Part shown: in pieces, positions 1-8,982 of the stretch
Numbering within the stretch: the first letter of the stretch is position 1
Layout of the letters: the number at the start of each line of letters is the position of its first letter
Assembly (NCBI GenBank): GCA_964577145.1
Contig: CAZNXM010000006.1
Coordinates: 878-64,877 of the forward strand
DNA from: an uncultured Candidatus Poseidoniales archaeon
GTDB taxonomy: Archaea > Thermoplasmatota > Poseidoniia > Poseidoniales > Poseidoniaceae
DNA length: 64,000 bases
Direction of reading: 5' to 3'
Position numbers and translations under genes: made by a program
Notes under the pieces: generated by a model
Told to the model about the DNA's origin: nothing
The model's database searches: none
What the model saw: the letters and a program-made list of their open reading frames with translations, nothing else

Positions 1-1290
1 TATGGCGATGGATAGTAGTGCCATCAAGTTGAGTACGATTAACCACTTTAGCATTGTATCGCTGGTTAGCATTACGATTGCTCCCATAGCCTCAGTGAAT
101 GGCGAAGACATTGCTGAAGTCACGTGGCGAGATTCATCGAAAACGATGTAGAAATTTTCATTGTGGCGAGTAATGGTATTCGAAATCTCTTCATTCTCGA
201 TTTCCATCATGTCGCGCATTAATGCCATGAAGTACAATCCATTTCCATACCAAGAAGTATCACCTGCTTGATTGGATAATATATCATCCCAGCAATCATG
301 GTCAGTGTACAAATCAGATGTGCATTGCTGCTTTCCTGTAACCTCTGCATCAGCGAGGTCCCATAGGTGATTAGCAAAGACGGAATGGTCGGAAACGAAT
401 ACAATGCTTCCAGTAACTGAAACTTGACCTTCTCGGTCGCCCTTTACACGGTCGATTACTTCGATTCCTGGATAATCCATTCGGACAATCAATCCAGTAT
501 TATTTCCACCCATTGGGTCGTTCAAGAGATTGTTAACATTCATATCTACAGTAGCAAGGAATGCTGAACTCGATCCATGAGCGAGTACTTTCACGTTGCG
601 AGAAGGATCATCTTGGTCTAAAACCTGAACCGCAGTAGGTCTATGGAATAATACAGGCATTGCGCAATTGTCAACTCTGTCATTGCGTATGTCGTCTTCG
701 CTACATGGTGCTCGGTTTTCATTCTCGTCAGTCCAAACCTTGTTGACACCTGCAACAGACCAAAGTCTGCGCTGGTCATCTGGTTGGACCTCGCCAGTTT
801 GCTTTGCGACCTCATAGTAACGGTATGGATCTACAACTTGTGAATCGAAGAATTTGACACCGAATTCTGCTGCCACGGTCTGGGCATTTGTGGAATTTGA
901 AGCAATGATTACCTTGCCACCTTTCTCAGTAACAAACTCATGGATTGCATTTGCCTCTGCACTATCAAATGGTTTCTCTGGAGCAGCGATAACCAACATT
1001 GTACGATGAGGCTCTCTCCAATCATTAACCAGCATTGGTGTTGACATCGTATTTGCGACCTCATAGCCCATACCACCATTACCCGAACCAAGGTCGGCTC
1101 TCATGGTAGAGATTTGCTGGAATTGTAGGTTCTCATTTTCTGAATCTGTGACATAGGCTGAAAACACGGTATCTTTACCCATGGAAGTAATGACAATTAC
1201 AGAAGTTGAAAGCAATAGAGCCACGATGAATCCAATGAGCAACCAAGTCTCGAGCTTGATGCCCTCAGCCTCTGTGTCTGCCATTTTCAT
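1..1290 (-). CDS. DUF4350-like membrane-anchored protein (partial, runs off window start)
   Basis: Translated by hand at both ends in one frame. N-terminus MKMADTEAEGIKLETWLLIGFIVALLL..., then IAAPEKPFDSAEANAIHEFVTEKGGKVIIAS. Near base 1 it reads IVFDESRH followed by a TM segment. It is probably absent from the ORF track because no stop lies in the window; the middle was not translated. Confidence 0.75.
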   Translation of the reverse strand, partial: MKMADTEAEGIKLETWLLIGFIVALLLSTSVIVITSMGKDTVFSAYVTDSENENLQFQQISTMRADLGSGNGGMGYEVANTMSTPMLVNDWREPHRTMLVIAAPEKPFDSAEANAIHEFVTEKGGKVIIASNSTNAQTVAAEFGVKFFDSQVVDPYRYYEVAKQTGEVQPDDQRRLWSVAGVNKVWTDENENRAPCSEDDIRNDRVDNCAMPVLFHRPTAVQVLDQDDPSRNVKVLAHGSSSAFLATVDMNVNNLLNDPMGGNNTGLIVRMDYPGIEVIDRVKGDREGQVSVTGSIVFVSDHSVFANHLWDLADAEVTGKQQCTSDLYTDHDCWDDILSNQAGDTSWYGNGLYFMALMRDMMEIENEEISNTITRHNENFYIVFDESRHVTSAMSSPFTEAMGAIVMLTSDTMLKWLIVLNLMALLSIAI

Positions 1291-1433
1291 CAACTCCAAT
1301 GCGGCGCGTGCAATAATGCAACACCCGTCGCATCTTCGCTCCACTCATATAGGTTCTCTAAGTATGATTGAGGGGCATTATTGAGTATCATACCGATATT
1401 AGGAATATCACGCGGTATGTTTTCTAACAGTAG

Positions 1434-2372
1434 TCAGTATTTCCTTCGGGAAATTGCAGCAAAAATTACACACAAAATACCTGAAATCAGAGAAGGCGCA
1501 GGGAGTGAACTCGACTCCACATCATAGTTCGATATGCTTCCATTTGAGGTGTCATCATTCGCATCACTAATGGGGTCGTCTGCTTCGGGTGATTCAACTT
1601 TGAATTCCAATTCTGAAGTACTCACCTTTCCCGAACCCTCGCTCACAACCGAAACCACGAGAGTACATGTTTTCTCATGGTGGCTAGAGGACGCCATTAT
1701 CTTGAGACCAGCCTCCACTGAAGCAGATAGTCCAATACTAACATTGCTCATTTCTGATGTGAACTCAGAACCCATCTGTGGGCATCCTCGAAAACTCGCA
1801 CTCGCATCTGCAATTGCGTCAACACTATTTCCTGTGTTTTCAACCTTCACGAGCAGGCTTTCACTTGTACCAGACTTTACTATTACACTTGACGAACCTT
1901 CTACAGGCATTATTGTGACTACCATATCATGAACAGTAGAAAATTGTAGATCTCTATCGATTTCATTCTCCCCCACGTTCTGCTCAGCAACCAATCGGAT
2001 TGCTTTCAATGAAAGTGTAGCATATATCGAATCCGCTGAAAACAGATCACCAGTCGAATCAACTCCGCTTCCAGTAATTATCAAATTCATCGTCTCATTT
2101 GAATTAGCCTCAACAGTTATTTTCCCGGGATCATCGACTTCAAAGCCATCAACTCCTGAAACCTCAAAGTCAAGGTCGATAGGGGTTGGATGTGAATTTG
2201 AAACCCAGAAGATTATTGTCAACTCAAAATCATAATCTTCGTCGAGTTCCATTATCACTGGACTATCTTCGGTTTCCCAACCGATTTCCCAATTTGGTGC
2301 CTCTGCTTGTGCGCTCGACAGAGGTACGGCCAAAGAAGACAAAACAAGAAGAGCACAAAGGATTCGTTTCAC
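1434..2372 (-). CDS. Secreted Ig/CARDB-like surface protein with C-terminal sorting/TM signal
   Basis: GTG start at 2372 with GGAGTGA SD upstream. Signal peptide MKRILCALLVLSSLAVPLSSA, beta-rich body with VENTGNSVD, C-terminus LPAPSLISGILCVIFAAISRRKY. Confidence 0.75.
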   Translation of the reverse strand: MKRILCALLVLSSLAVPLSSAQAEAPNWEIGWETEDSPVIMELDEDYDFELTIIFWVSNSHPTPIDLDFEVSGVDGFEVDDPGKITVEANSNETMNLIITGSGVDSTGDLFSADSIYATLSLKAIRLVAEQNVGENEIDRDLQFSTVHDMVVTIMPVEGSSSVIVKSGTSESLLVKVENTGNSVDAIADASASFRGCPQMGSEFTSEMSNVSIGLSASVEAGLKIMASSSHHEKTCTLVVSVVSEGSGKVSTSELEFKVESPEADDPISDANDDTSNGSISNYDVESSSLPAPSLISGILCVIFAAISRRKY

Positions 2373-2377
2373 ATAAA

Positions 2378-3319
2378 TCACTCCTTGCAAGCCCTCTTGA
2401 TTAGTACCTTCAGCATGTTTCGCCTATACCTTGGTGGAAGTGCTGTGTTGTTAACAGGTTTTACCTCTTTGTAAACCGCATCAGCAAGTGCTTTGATATC
2501 TCCTGCAGATTCTGCAACCTGCTCATCATGCCTTCGTGGAATGCTTTCCAAAGCAGTTGTTGCAAGCCTAAGTGTACTCTTTTCTCCTTCCTTCCACGCT
2601 GCTGCAACTCCAGCTTCAGGGAAATCCCAAGATTCACGGACTCTGAGTTTTTGATAGGACCCTGTGTACTGTACTGCGTCGCTAGGAAGGGAAATTTTGA
2701 GGACGAACTCTCCTGGCTTCAACACGTTTCGCGTCATTCCGTCGAGTTGGTAAAAATCATGCAGAAGCATTTCTCTTCCACCCTCTGGGCCGATTAAATG
2801 GATTGTAGCATCCAATACCATTAGTGCTGGTGCTAGGTCTCCTTGGTAGGTTGCAACACATAGTTCATTCTGATTTGGAATAACTCTACAGTCAGCCCCT
2901 GTTCCACAATCACATTTGTGACACCAATCGATACTGGACCTCCACTCTTCGGTTTGATTGAACCAGAAACATCGAGTATCCAGACATATATTGCCTCCTA
3001 AGGTTGCACTTCGACGAATGAGAGAAGATGCAACCTTACCTGCAGCCATAGCGATGAGTGGATGAACATCACCACTTTCGGCGATATCTTGGAGTCTTGC
3101 CATACAACCGATCTCGGTCATAGAAATCGTTGCTGCATCCAACCCAACAAGGGAGATTACATGCGGCTTGGTATTGATGTGCCACTTGTAATTGGGAATG
3201 AGGTCGGTACCGCCAGCAATCCAATCAAATTCTTCGCCAGCAGACATCAACTTAGCCGCAATGGCGCAAGCCTCCTCGACAGAAGTAGGGTTGTGAAGTT
3301 CAAATGGAGGCATCAACAT
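2378..3319 (-). CDS. hcrB: Xanthine-oxidase-family FAD subunit, 4-hydroxybenzoyl-CoA reductase beta (HcrB)-like
   Basis: AGGTDL and ATLGGNI FAD motifs. The CLDTRC..NQ..WR...C...C...C..TYQGDLAPALMVLDA insertion matches the HcrB [4Fe-4S] loop as I recall it. Confidence 0.85.
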   Translation of the reverse strand: MLMPPFELHNPTSVEEACAIAAKLMSAGEEFDWIAGGTDLIPNYKWHINTKPHVISLVGLDAATISMTEIGCMARLQDIAESGDVHPLIAMAAGKVASSLIRRSATLGGNICLDTRCFWFNQTEEWRSSIDWCHKCDCGTGADCRVIPNQNELCVATYQGDLAPALMVLDATIHLIGPEGGREMLLHDFYQLDGMTRNVLKPGEFVLKISLPSDAVQYTGSYQKLRVRESWDFPEAGVAAAWKEGEKSTLRLATTALESIPRRHDEQVAESAGDIKALADAVYKEVKPVNNTALPPRYRRNMLKVLIKRACKE

Positions 3320-6123
3320 CAGTTATCCCCTCCCATTTTGCGTTGCTCTTCTTTGAGCCAAGCAGTTCCTGCAAGGCCTAGGTCTTCCATTTGTTCTGGG
3401 GTTGGTTTTGTAGATGCGACCCAACCTTCTGCCTGATATTCAAGAAGGAGACTTGAATCTAGGCCGAATAAGACACCATTTGCATATGCATCGATATCCT
3501 CTAGCCTCTGGCGCCTGCTGTCCCTATCCTCATGTACTTCTGCACGGGCTAGCAACTTATCTTGTAATGGCGAGAGGTCAAGTCGAGGAGTTGGAAGATT
3601 CTCCGGGTCATCAATACCTTCGAGTTTCATCTTCTTCGCAATTGCCGCCCATACCTTGTCTGGAGTCAATGGAAGGTCATTGATTCTAATTCCAATCGCG
3701 TCATAAACCGCATTGACAACTGCTGGAAGAATTGGGAGAAGTGGCCCTTCGCCGGCTTCTTTTGCGCCGAATGGCCCTTCCGGGTCACATGATTCAATGA
3801 GGATGGGAGTTACATTTGGCATCTCGTGTACACTTGGGATTTTGTAATCCAATAGATTCGGATTTTGTAGGTGGCCGGTTCTTCCATACACCATTTGTTC
3901 CGAAAGAACCTGTCCAAGACCCATGTGACATGAGCCGATAATTTGACCTTCAACTGCTAAGGGGTTGAGGGCCTTTCCACAATCATGTGCAGCCCAGACA
4001 TCGGTACATGAAATCATACCAGTTTCAACATCTACATCTACTTCTGCAACATATGCCGAAAAGGAATATGCTGGTGCTAAACCTGCAGCTGCTCCCTTGT
4101 GAACGCCACCCATTGGCGGGCTTCTATATGCACCACTAGCGATGAGAGCGCCCTTATCCTCTTGGGCTTTGTGAAGAGCCTCAAGGTATGAGATGCCAAT
4201 CGCTGGATTGTGCTTGTTGTAGATTCTGCGATCGTTTAGAATTAAATTTGTAGATTGGTCTCCAAGAATCGCATGCGCTGCTTCTAGCAACTCGTCCTTG
4301 ATTTCAAGTGCAGCACGAATTGCTGCATTTGCATTCATGAAGGTAACACGAGATGAATATGACCCGAGGTCAACTGGGCTAGTATCACTCTCATGACTAC
4401 GAACGTGGATCATTTCAATAGGTAAAGCAAGGACTTCAGCCACGACTTGAGCAATTGCAGTAGTCGAACCTTGGCCAATATCAGCAGCACCGGTGTGTAC
4501 TGTTACTCCACCATCCATGTCTACCTGAATGTGAACGGTTGCATGAGGGAAATTGTGCGGGTCCCAATGGATAGGTAGACCAGAGCCAGAGATGAAGAAA
4601 CCGCAACCAATTCCTATGCCTTTTCCAAGTGGTAATTTACGGAATTTATCTTTCCAATTTGATTGGCTGCGAACTTCATGTAAGGCTTGGCGCATACCAT
4701 TTGAAGTAATACGGAAACCTGTAATTGTACTAGAATTTGGAGGTAACAAATTTGCCAGACGCAGGTCGAATGGGTCAACCTGTAATTGTTCAGCCATATC
4801 ATCGAGTCCAACCTCGATAGCACAACGAGTATTTACTGCACCATGCCCCCTCATTGCACCACTTGCTGGCTTATTGGTCCAGACCCTAGCCCCAGTATAG
4901 TAGAAACTTCCCAATTCATATGGGGCTGTTGCTAGAACTCCGTTGTAGTATGAAGTGACATGGCCAAAGGAGGCAAATCCTCCGCCATCGATTAGGGCAT
5001 CGATATCAAACCCAGATATTCTAGCGTCCTCATCAGCATACATCTGTACTTCGATTCTACTTGGGTGGCGGCCACGATTAACCCAAAATACCTCTTCTCG
5101 GTCAAATGTAATTCGTACTGGCTTTCCTGATTTACGTGCTAATATTGCTGCACACATCTCATGGGGAAATGGGTCGGACTTGCCTCCGAATCCACCACCG
5201 ACAAAGGTTCGTATCACGTTGACTTGGTGCATTGGTACATCGAGAACTGTCGCTAATGCTCGGTGGGCATAATGAGGAACTTGCTGTGGAGTATAGAGTT
5301 GAAGACGACCATTGGAATCCCAATGTGCAACTACTGCATGAGGCTCGGTAAAACCATGGTTTACTCCCATGAATTTCCATTTTCCATTGTACATAGCCTT
5401 TGGATCCTCAACCTTTGAGCGGTCACCGAATTCTTGGAATACACGCTTCTGAACATTCGTGTTTCCAACATGATATTGCCCTCTCCAATGGATAGGTTCG
5501 TCCACATCTTCTAGGCCCTTGCGCATATCATGAATCGAGTCTAACACCTCATATTCGACACTGATTAAGGCGGCGGCTTCTCTTGCTGTAGCTTCATCTA
5601 CCGCTGCGACACACGCAACTAGATCTCCTACATGTCGAACCTTCTCAACTGCCATAGCATGCTCATCCTTTGTTACTGGAAGAACTCCGAAACTATTGGG
5701 TGCATCAGCACCTGTTGCAACTGCTAATACTCCAGGTAATGCTTCAGCAGCACTGGTATCAACCGATTTGACTTTTGCATAATGATGTGGAGAGCGAACG
5801 ATACGGCCAATGATTTCACCGGGAAGACGGACATCGTCTCCATACCAAGCCTGCCCTGTCACCTTGGCATTTCCATCGACGAGCGGCGTTCTCTTTCCAA
5901 CAGTAGTTCCAGTACGGGCACTATCATGGATATGGGCTCCTGCAGGCTGTTTCTCACGCCCTCCTTCCATCTCTGGGATGTAATCGAGATCTCGCTCAGC
6001 CATATCTGGCCTTGAACCTCCAGAGCCCGGTGGAGAGAAGGTCTGCTTTCCTGCAACCCGCTTTCCATCGATTCGCTTCTCGGAGGTCCCGCCTCCTGGT
6101 TGCTGTCTGTATCCTCCAGCCAT
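3319..6123 (-). CDS. hcrA: Xanthine-oxidase-family molybdopterin subunit, HcrA-like
   Basis: VGKRTPLVDG..KVTG, FGVLP, GGGFGGK, GAMRGHG, PHATV, TGAADIGQGS, GSYSSRVTFM, GPFGAKEAGEG. ATG at 6123 lies just downstream of the hcrC stop. Confidence 0.85.
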   Translation of the reverse strand: MAGGYRQQPGGGTSEKRIDGKRVAGKQTFSPPGSGGSRPDMAERDLDYIPEMEGGREKQPAGAHIHDSARTGTTVGKRTPLVDGNAKVTGQAWYGDDVRLPGEIIGRIVRSPHHYAKVKSVDTSAAEALPGVLAVATGADAPNSFGVLPVTKDEHAMAVEKVRHVGDLVACVAAVDEATAREAAALISVEYEVLDSIHDMRKGLEDVDEPIHWRGQYHVGNTNVQKRVFQEFGDRSKVEDPKAMYNGKWKFMGVNHGFTEPHAVVAHWDSNGRLQLYTPQQVPHYAHRALATVLDVPMHQVNVIRTFVGGGFGGKSDPFPHEMCAAILARKSGKPVRITFDREEVFWVNRGRHPSRIEVQMYADEDARISGFDIDALIDGGGFASFGHVTSYYNGVLATAPYELGSFYYTGARVWTNKPASGAMRGHGAVNTRCAIEVGLDDMAEQLQVDPFDLRLANLLPPNSSTITGFRITSNGMRQALHEVRSQSNWKDKFRKLPLGKGIGIGCGFFISGSGLPIHWDPHNFPHATVHIQVDMDGGVTVHTGAADIGQGSTTAIAQVVAEVLALPIEMIHVRSHESDTSPVDLGSYSSRVTFMNANAAIRAALEIKDELLEAAHAILGDQSTNLILNDRRIYNKHNPAIGISYLEALHKAQEDKGALIASGAYRSPPMGGVHKGAAAGLAPAYSFSAYVAEVDVDVETGMISCTDVWAAHDCGKALNPLAVEGQIIGSCHMGLGQVLSEQMVYGRTGHLQNPNLLDYKIPSVHEMPNVTPILIESCDPEGPFGAKEAGEGPLLPILPAVVNAVYDAIGIRINDLPLTPDKVWAAIAKKMKLEGIDDPENLPTPRLDLSPLQDKLLARAEVHEDRDSRRQRLEDIDAYANGVLFGLDSSLLLEYQAEGWVASTKPTPEQMEDLGLAGTAWLKEEQRKMGGDN

Positions 6124-6127
6124 GAAA

Positions 6128-6730
6128 TCAACTCTTTTGGCCCGAAGGTGATTCTGGGTTATCTGGTCCAGAAGGATGGGGGTCAGGGTGAGCATCGCTC
6201 ATCGGCGGATTTGATTCTACTTCGCCACGATGAATCGCTGCTGCTGCCTGAATTGATTCAATAATTTGCTGATAGCCTGTGCAGCGACAAAGGTTTCCTT
6301 CAATCGCACAAGCAACCTCTGTATCTGTGGGGTTTGAATTATTGTTTAGTAGAGCTTGTGATGTAATCAAAAACCCAGGTGTACAAAAACCACATTGTGA
6401 GCCGCCATGCTCGGTGAAGCATTGCTGAATTGGCGCGAGGTGAGCACCGTCAGAAAGGCCTTCTACAGTAGTAACTGAACGACCTTCAGCTTCGCTTGCC
6501 ATCATCAAGCAAGAAAGGCGTGGTACGCCGTCTATCATCACCGTACAGCATCCACAAGTGCCCATATCACAGCCCCGTTTTACTCCAAGTGTTCCCACTT
6601 TATCTCTAAGGACATCGAGTAAAATTGAATTTGATGGTGCAAGAACCTCGTAATCCTGCCCATTTACTTCGGCTTTCCAAATTCGATTAGGCAACACTGG
6701 AATCATCGCGATGTGTTCATCACCAACCAT
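6128..6730 (-). CDS. hcrC: Xanthine-oxidase-family 2x[2Fe-2S] subunit, HcrC/CoxS-like
   Basis: GVKRGCDMGTCGCCTV..SC, QCGFCTPG and NLCRCTGY motifs. Confidence 0.9.
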   Translation of the reverse strand: MVGDEHIAMIPVLPNRIWKAEVNGQDYEVLAPSNSILLDVLRDKVGTLGVKRGCDMGTCGCCTVMIDGVPRLSCLMMASEAEGRSVTTVEGLSDGAHLAPIQQCFTEHGGSQCGFCTPGFLITSQALLNNNSNPTDTEVACAIEGNLCRCTGYQQIIESIQAAAAIHRGEVESNPPMSDAHPDPHPSGPDNPESPSGQKS

Positions 6731-6735
6731 TCTTA

Positions 6736-6750
6736 GGCACCTACGGTGCC
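6736..6750. promoter_or_regulatory. Perfect inverted repeat GGCACC-TAC-GGTGCC just upstream of hcrC start
   Basis: 6-bp arms with a 3-nt spacer (GTA on the coding strand), ending 5 nt before ATG 6730. Confidence 0.5.
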
Positions 6751-6989
6751 ACCGAAGACGAAGCCCTCTTTCAGCATTGGCCCACTTATGCTAGATTTTA
6801 TTGGACGGCTTTACTGGTATTTCGTAGTGAAATAGCATCGTGAACATCAATACATATGCCCTGTTCAGTCCACTCTTGACATCTGTCCCAGCATCTGCCG
6901 AAATATCCAATTTACAAAGTATTCTGAATTTTCAACAAAACCACCAGAAGCGAGGATTCAAAGAAGGTGGCTGAGTCGCGCGGAGCGCG

Positions 6990-8912
6990 GTGAAGGAGAT
7001 GAACACTCTCAAGCGATTACTCAGTATATCTGCACTCGTACTTTTGGTAACTCCAATGCTGGTTGCAACAATCCCTGTTGCAGCCGAGCAAAACGAGGAG
7101 CCTGTTGGCTGGTGGACTGAAACAACCGTGGACCGTGATGGAAACGGTGTAGGTGACATGGTAGAGCGCTACATGTACCATCCCTTATTCCTTGACGATG
7201 ATGGGAGAATTTCTTTGATCTTTGATTTTGATCACACTCCTACTGCCGATGATATTACGATGTTAACATTCGAAGTTGATTATGAGCACCAATTCAACCT
7301 TCCTGGAATCGATGCTGTAGCGGGAACTATTCCTGTTGTTGAGATTCTGGATGCCAGAGACCTCCCCGGTATCGTAATGATTGAACTTGATGGAATTCTC
7401 GAAGTCACAAATGGTGATGCACGAGTAGGACACGGGGTTGACGTTGCATTCGAAGAGACCGGATATGATGGTTCAGGTACTACAGTGGCCATCATCGATA
7501 CTGGACTCGATGGCCTCCATGTAAGCATTGACGATATGGATGATGACAACTCAACAGATGACCCCAAGATTCTCGGATTTTATGATGCTGTAAACAATGC
7601 TAGCAACACCAATGGTACCGATTTCCCTTACGATGACCACGGGCATGGTTCGCATTGTGGAGGAACTACTGCGGGTACTGGAGCTCCAGACTACGAACAT
7701 GTAGGAATGGCTCCACAAGCACATCTCGTTGGTGTCAAAGTTCTCGACGGTGGAGGTTCTGGAAGTTTCGCTGGAGTTATGGCTGGAATGCAATGGACTA
7801 TCGATACCATGCACAATTACAATACTCGGGCTGCATCTATGAGCCTAGGTGGTCCAGGTGCTATTGAATGGACTTCATCAGAAGAAGACAGTGTTAACCG
7901 CATGGCTAATGAAATGGTTCGAAGTGGAATTGCACTCTTTATCGCAGCAGGAAATAGTGCCGTAAGTGCACAAATAGGCACTCCAGGTTCTGCAGAAGAT
8001 GTCATCACGGTTGGTGCGCTTGACAAGGACACTGGTATTGCACCATATTCTAGCCAAGGACCAACTGAAGAGGGGAGAGTCAAACCAAATATCGCTTACA
8101 TGGGCAGTAGCATCATGTCTGTAGCTGCTAATACTGGAGATGGTTATACCGCCATGAGTGGCACGAGTATGGCCACCCCTGGGGCTGCTGGAGTTGGAGC
8201 CTTGATGTTCCAAGCTGACCCGGACCTCTCTCCTTTCGATATTCGAAATATCATGCAGGAAACCGCTACTTATCGTCAATGCCATTACATGGCAAAGAAT
8301 GAGCCATGCGCAGAGGATTTAATTCCAAAGAATCGCCAAAATAACGTCTATGGCCATGGTCATACAAATGCCTATGAGTCTGTAATGGAGGCTGCGCAGC
8401 GTTCATTCACTTTCAACAAAAATATCACTCTAACATTAACTAGTCAGGCAAGTATGAATGGGCACATACACCTCTTGCCGGGAGATTCTATTCGCGTCGA
8501 AGTAACCGAAGGTACTGATACCGTTCAATGGATGAGTAATGACCTGCGAGATGGATGGTCCAATATCCATTCGTACGAACACGGTGATGTAGTATCTCTC
8601 ACATACGAAGAAATCGCACATGAACTCGAACACTTACCCGGTACTGAACTCGCTGGCAATCACACCCTCTCAATGCGTGGAATTGAAGGTACTAGTTCAA
8701 GCCCATTAATCACATTCGATATTATGCTAGGTGAGCCCACAACTATCACCGAAGAGGAAGCCTCTCAATCTAACCTCCTTCTCTGGGGATCTTTGACAGC
8801 AGCGATATTGCTCACCATTATTCTCGTAGTTGCAACTATGAAAAACGATAATGCTCAGTACATTCTTACCGATGATGATATCGATGAAGTGGTCGAAGCA
8901 GAGTTGCAATAA
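6990..8912 (+). CDS. Membrane-anchored S8 subtilase
   Basis: Signal peptide; catalytic triad motifs IIDTG, HGSHCGG and SGTSMATP; oxyanion AAGN; C-terminal TM plus acidic tail. Confidence 0.93.
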   Translation: MKEMNTLKRLLSISALVLLVTPMLVATIPVAAEQNEEPVGWWTETTVDRDGNGVGDMVERYMYHPLFLDDDGRISLIFDFDHTPTADDITMLTFEVDYEHQFNLPGIDAVAGTIPVVEILDARDLPGIVMIELDGILEVTNGDARVGHGVDVAFEETGYDGSGTTVAIIDTGLDGLHVSIDDMDDDNSTDDPKILGFYDAVNNASNTNGTDFPYDDHGHGSHCGGTTAGTGAPDYEHVGMAPQAHLVGVKVLDGGGSGSFAGVMAGMQWTIDTMHNYNTRAASMSLGGPGAIEWTSSEEDSVNRMANEMVRSGIALFIAAGNSAVSAQIGTPGSAEDVITVGALDKDTGIAPYSSQGPTEEGRVKPNIAYMGSSIMSVAANTGDGYTAMSGTSMATPGAAGVGALMFQADPDLSPFDIRNIMQETATYRQCHYMAKNEPCAEDLIPKNRQNNVYGHGHTNAYESVMEAAQRSFTFNKNITLTLTSQASMNGHIHLLPGDSIRVEVTEGTDTVQWMSNDLRDGWSNIHSYEHGDVVSLTYEEIAHELEHLPGTELAGNHTLSMRGIEGTSSSPLITFDIMLGEPTTITEEEASQSNLLLWGSLTAAILLTIILVVATMKNDNAQYILTDDDIDEVVEAELQ

Positions 8913-8982
8913 TATCGTTGCACACTCTATATTGCCGGGCCAACTTTCAATAGGTTTGTAGTTAGGTGTATCGCTGAGAAAC

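Noticed and set aside
219-1091. Short minus-strand ORFs suggesting a pseudogene
   Set aside because: They are alternate frames within one long CDS (1290 to the window start), whose two ends are in the same frame.
3319-6123. Aerobic CO dehydrogenase CoxL call
   Set aside because: The active-site loop is GAMRGHG, not AYRCSFR or AYRGAGR.
6741-6752. GTG GCA CCG TAG mini-ORF before hcrC
   Set aside because: It starts only 22 nt from the TATA-like box, so it is probably upstream of the TSS.
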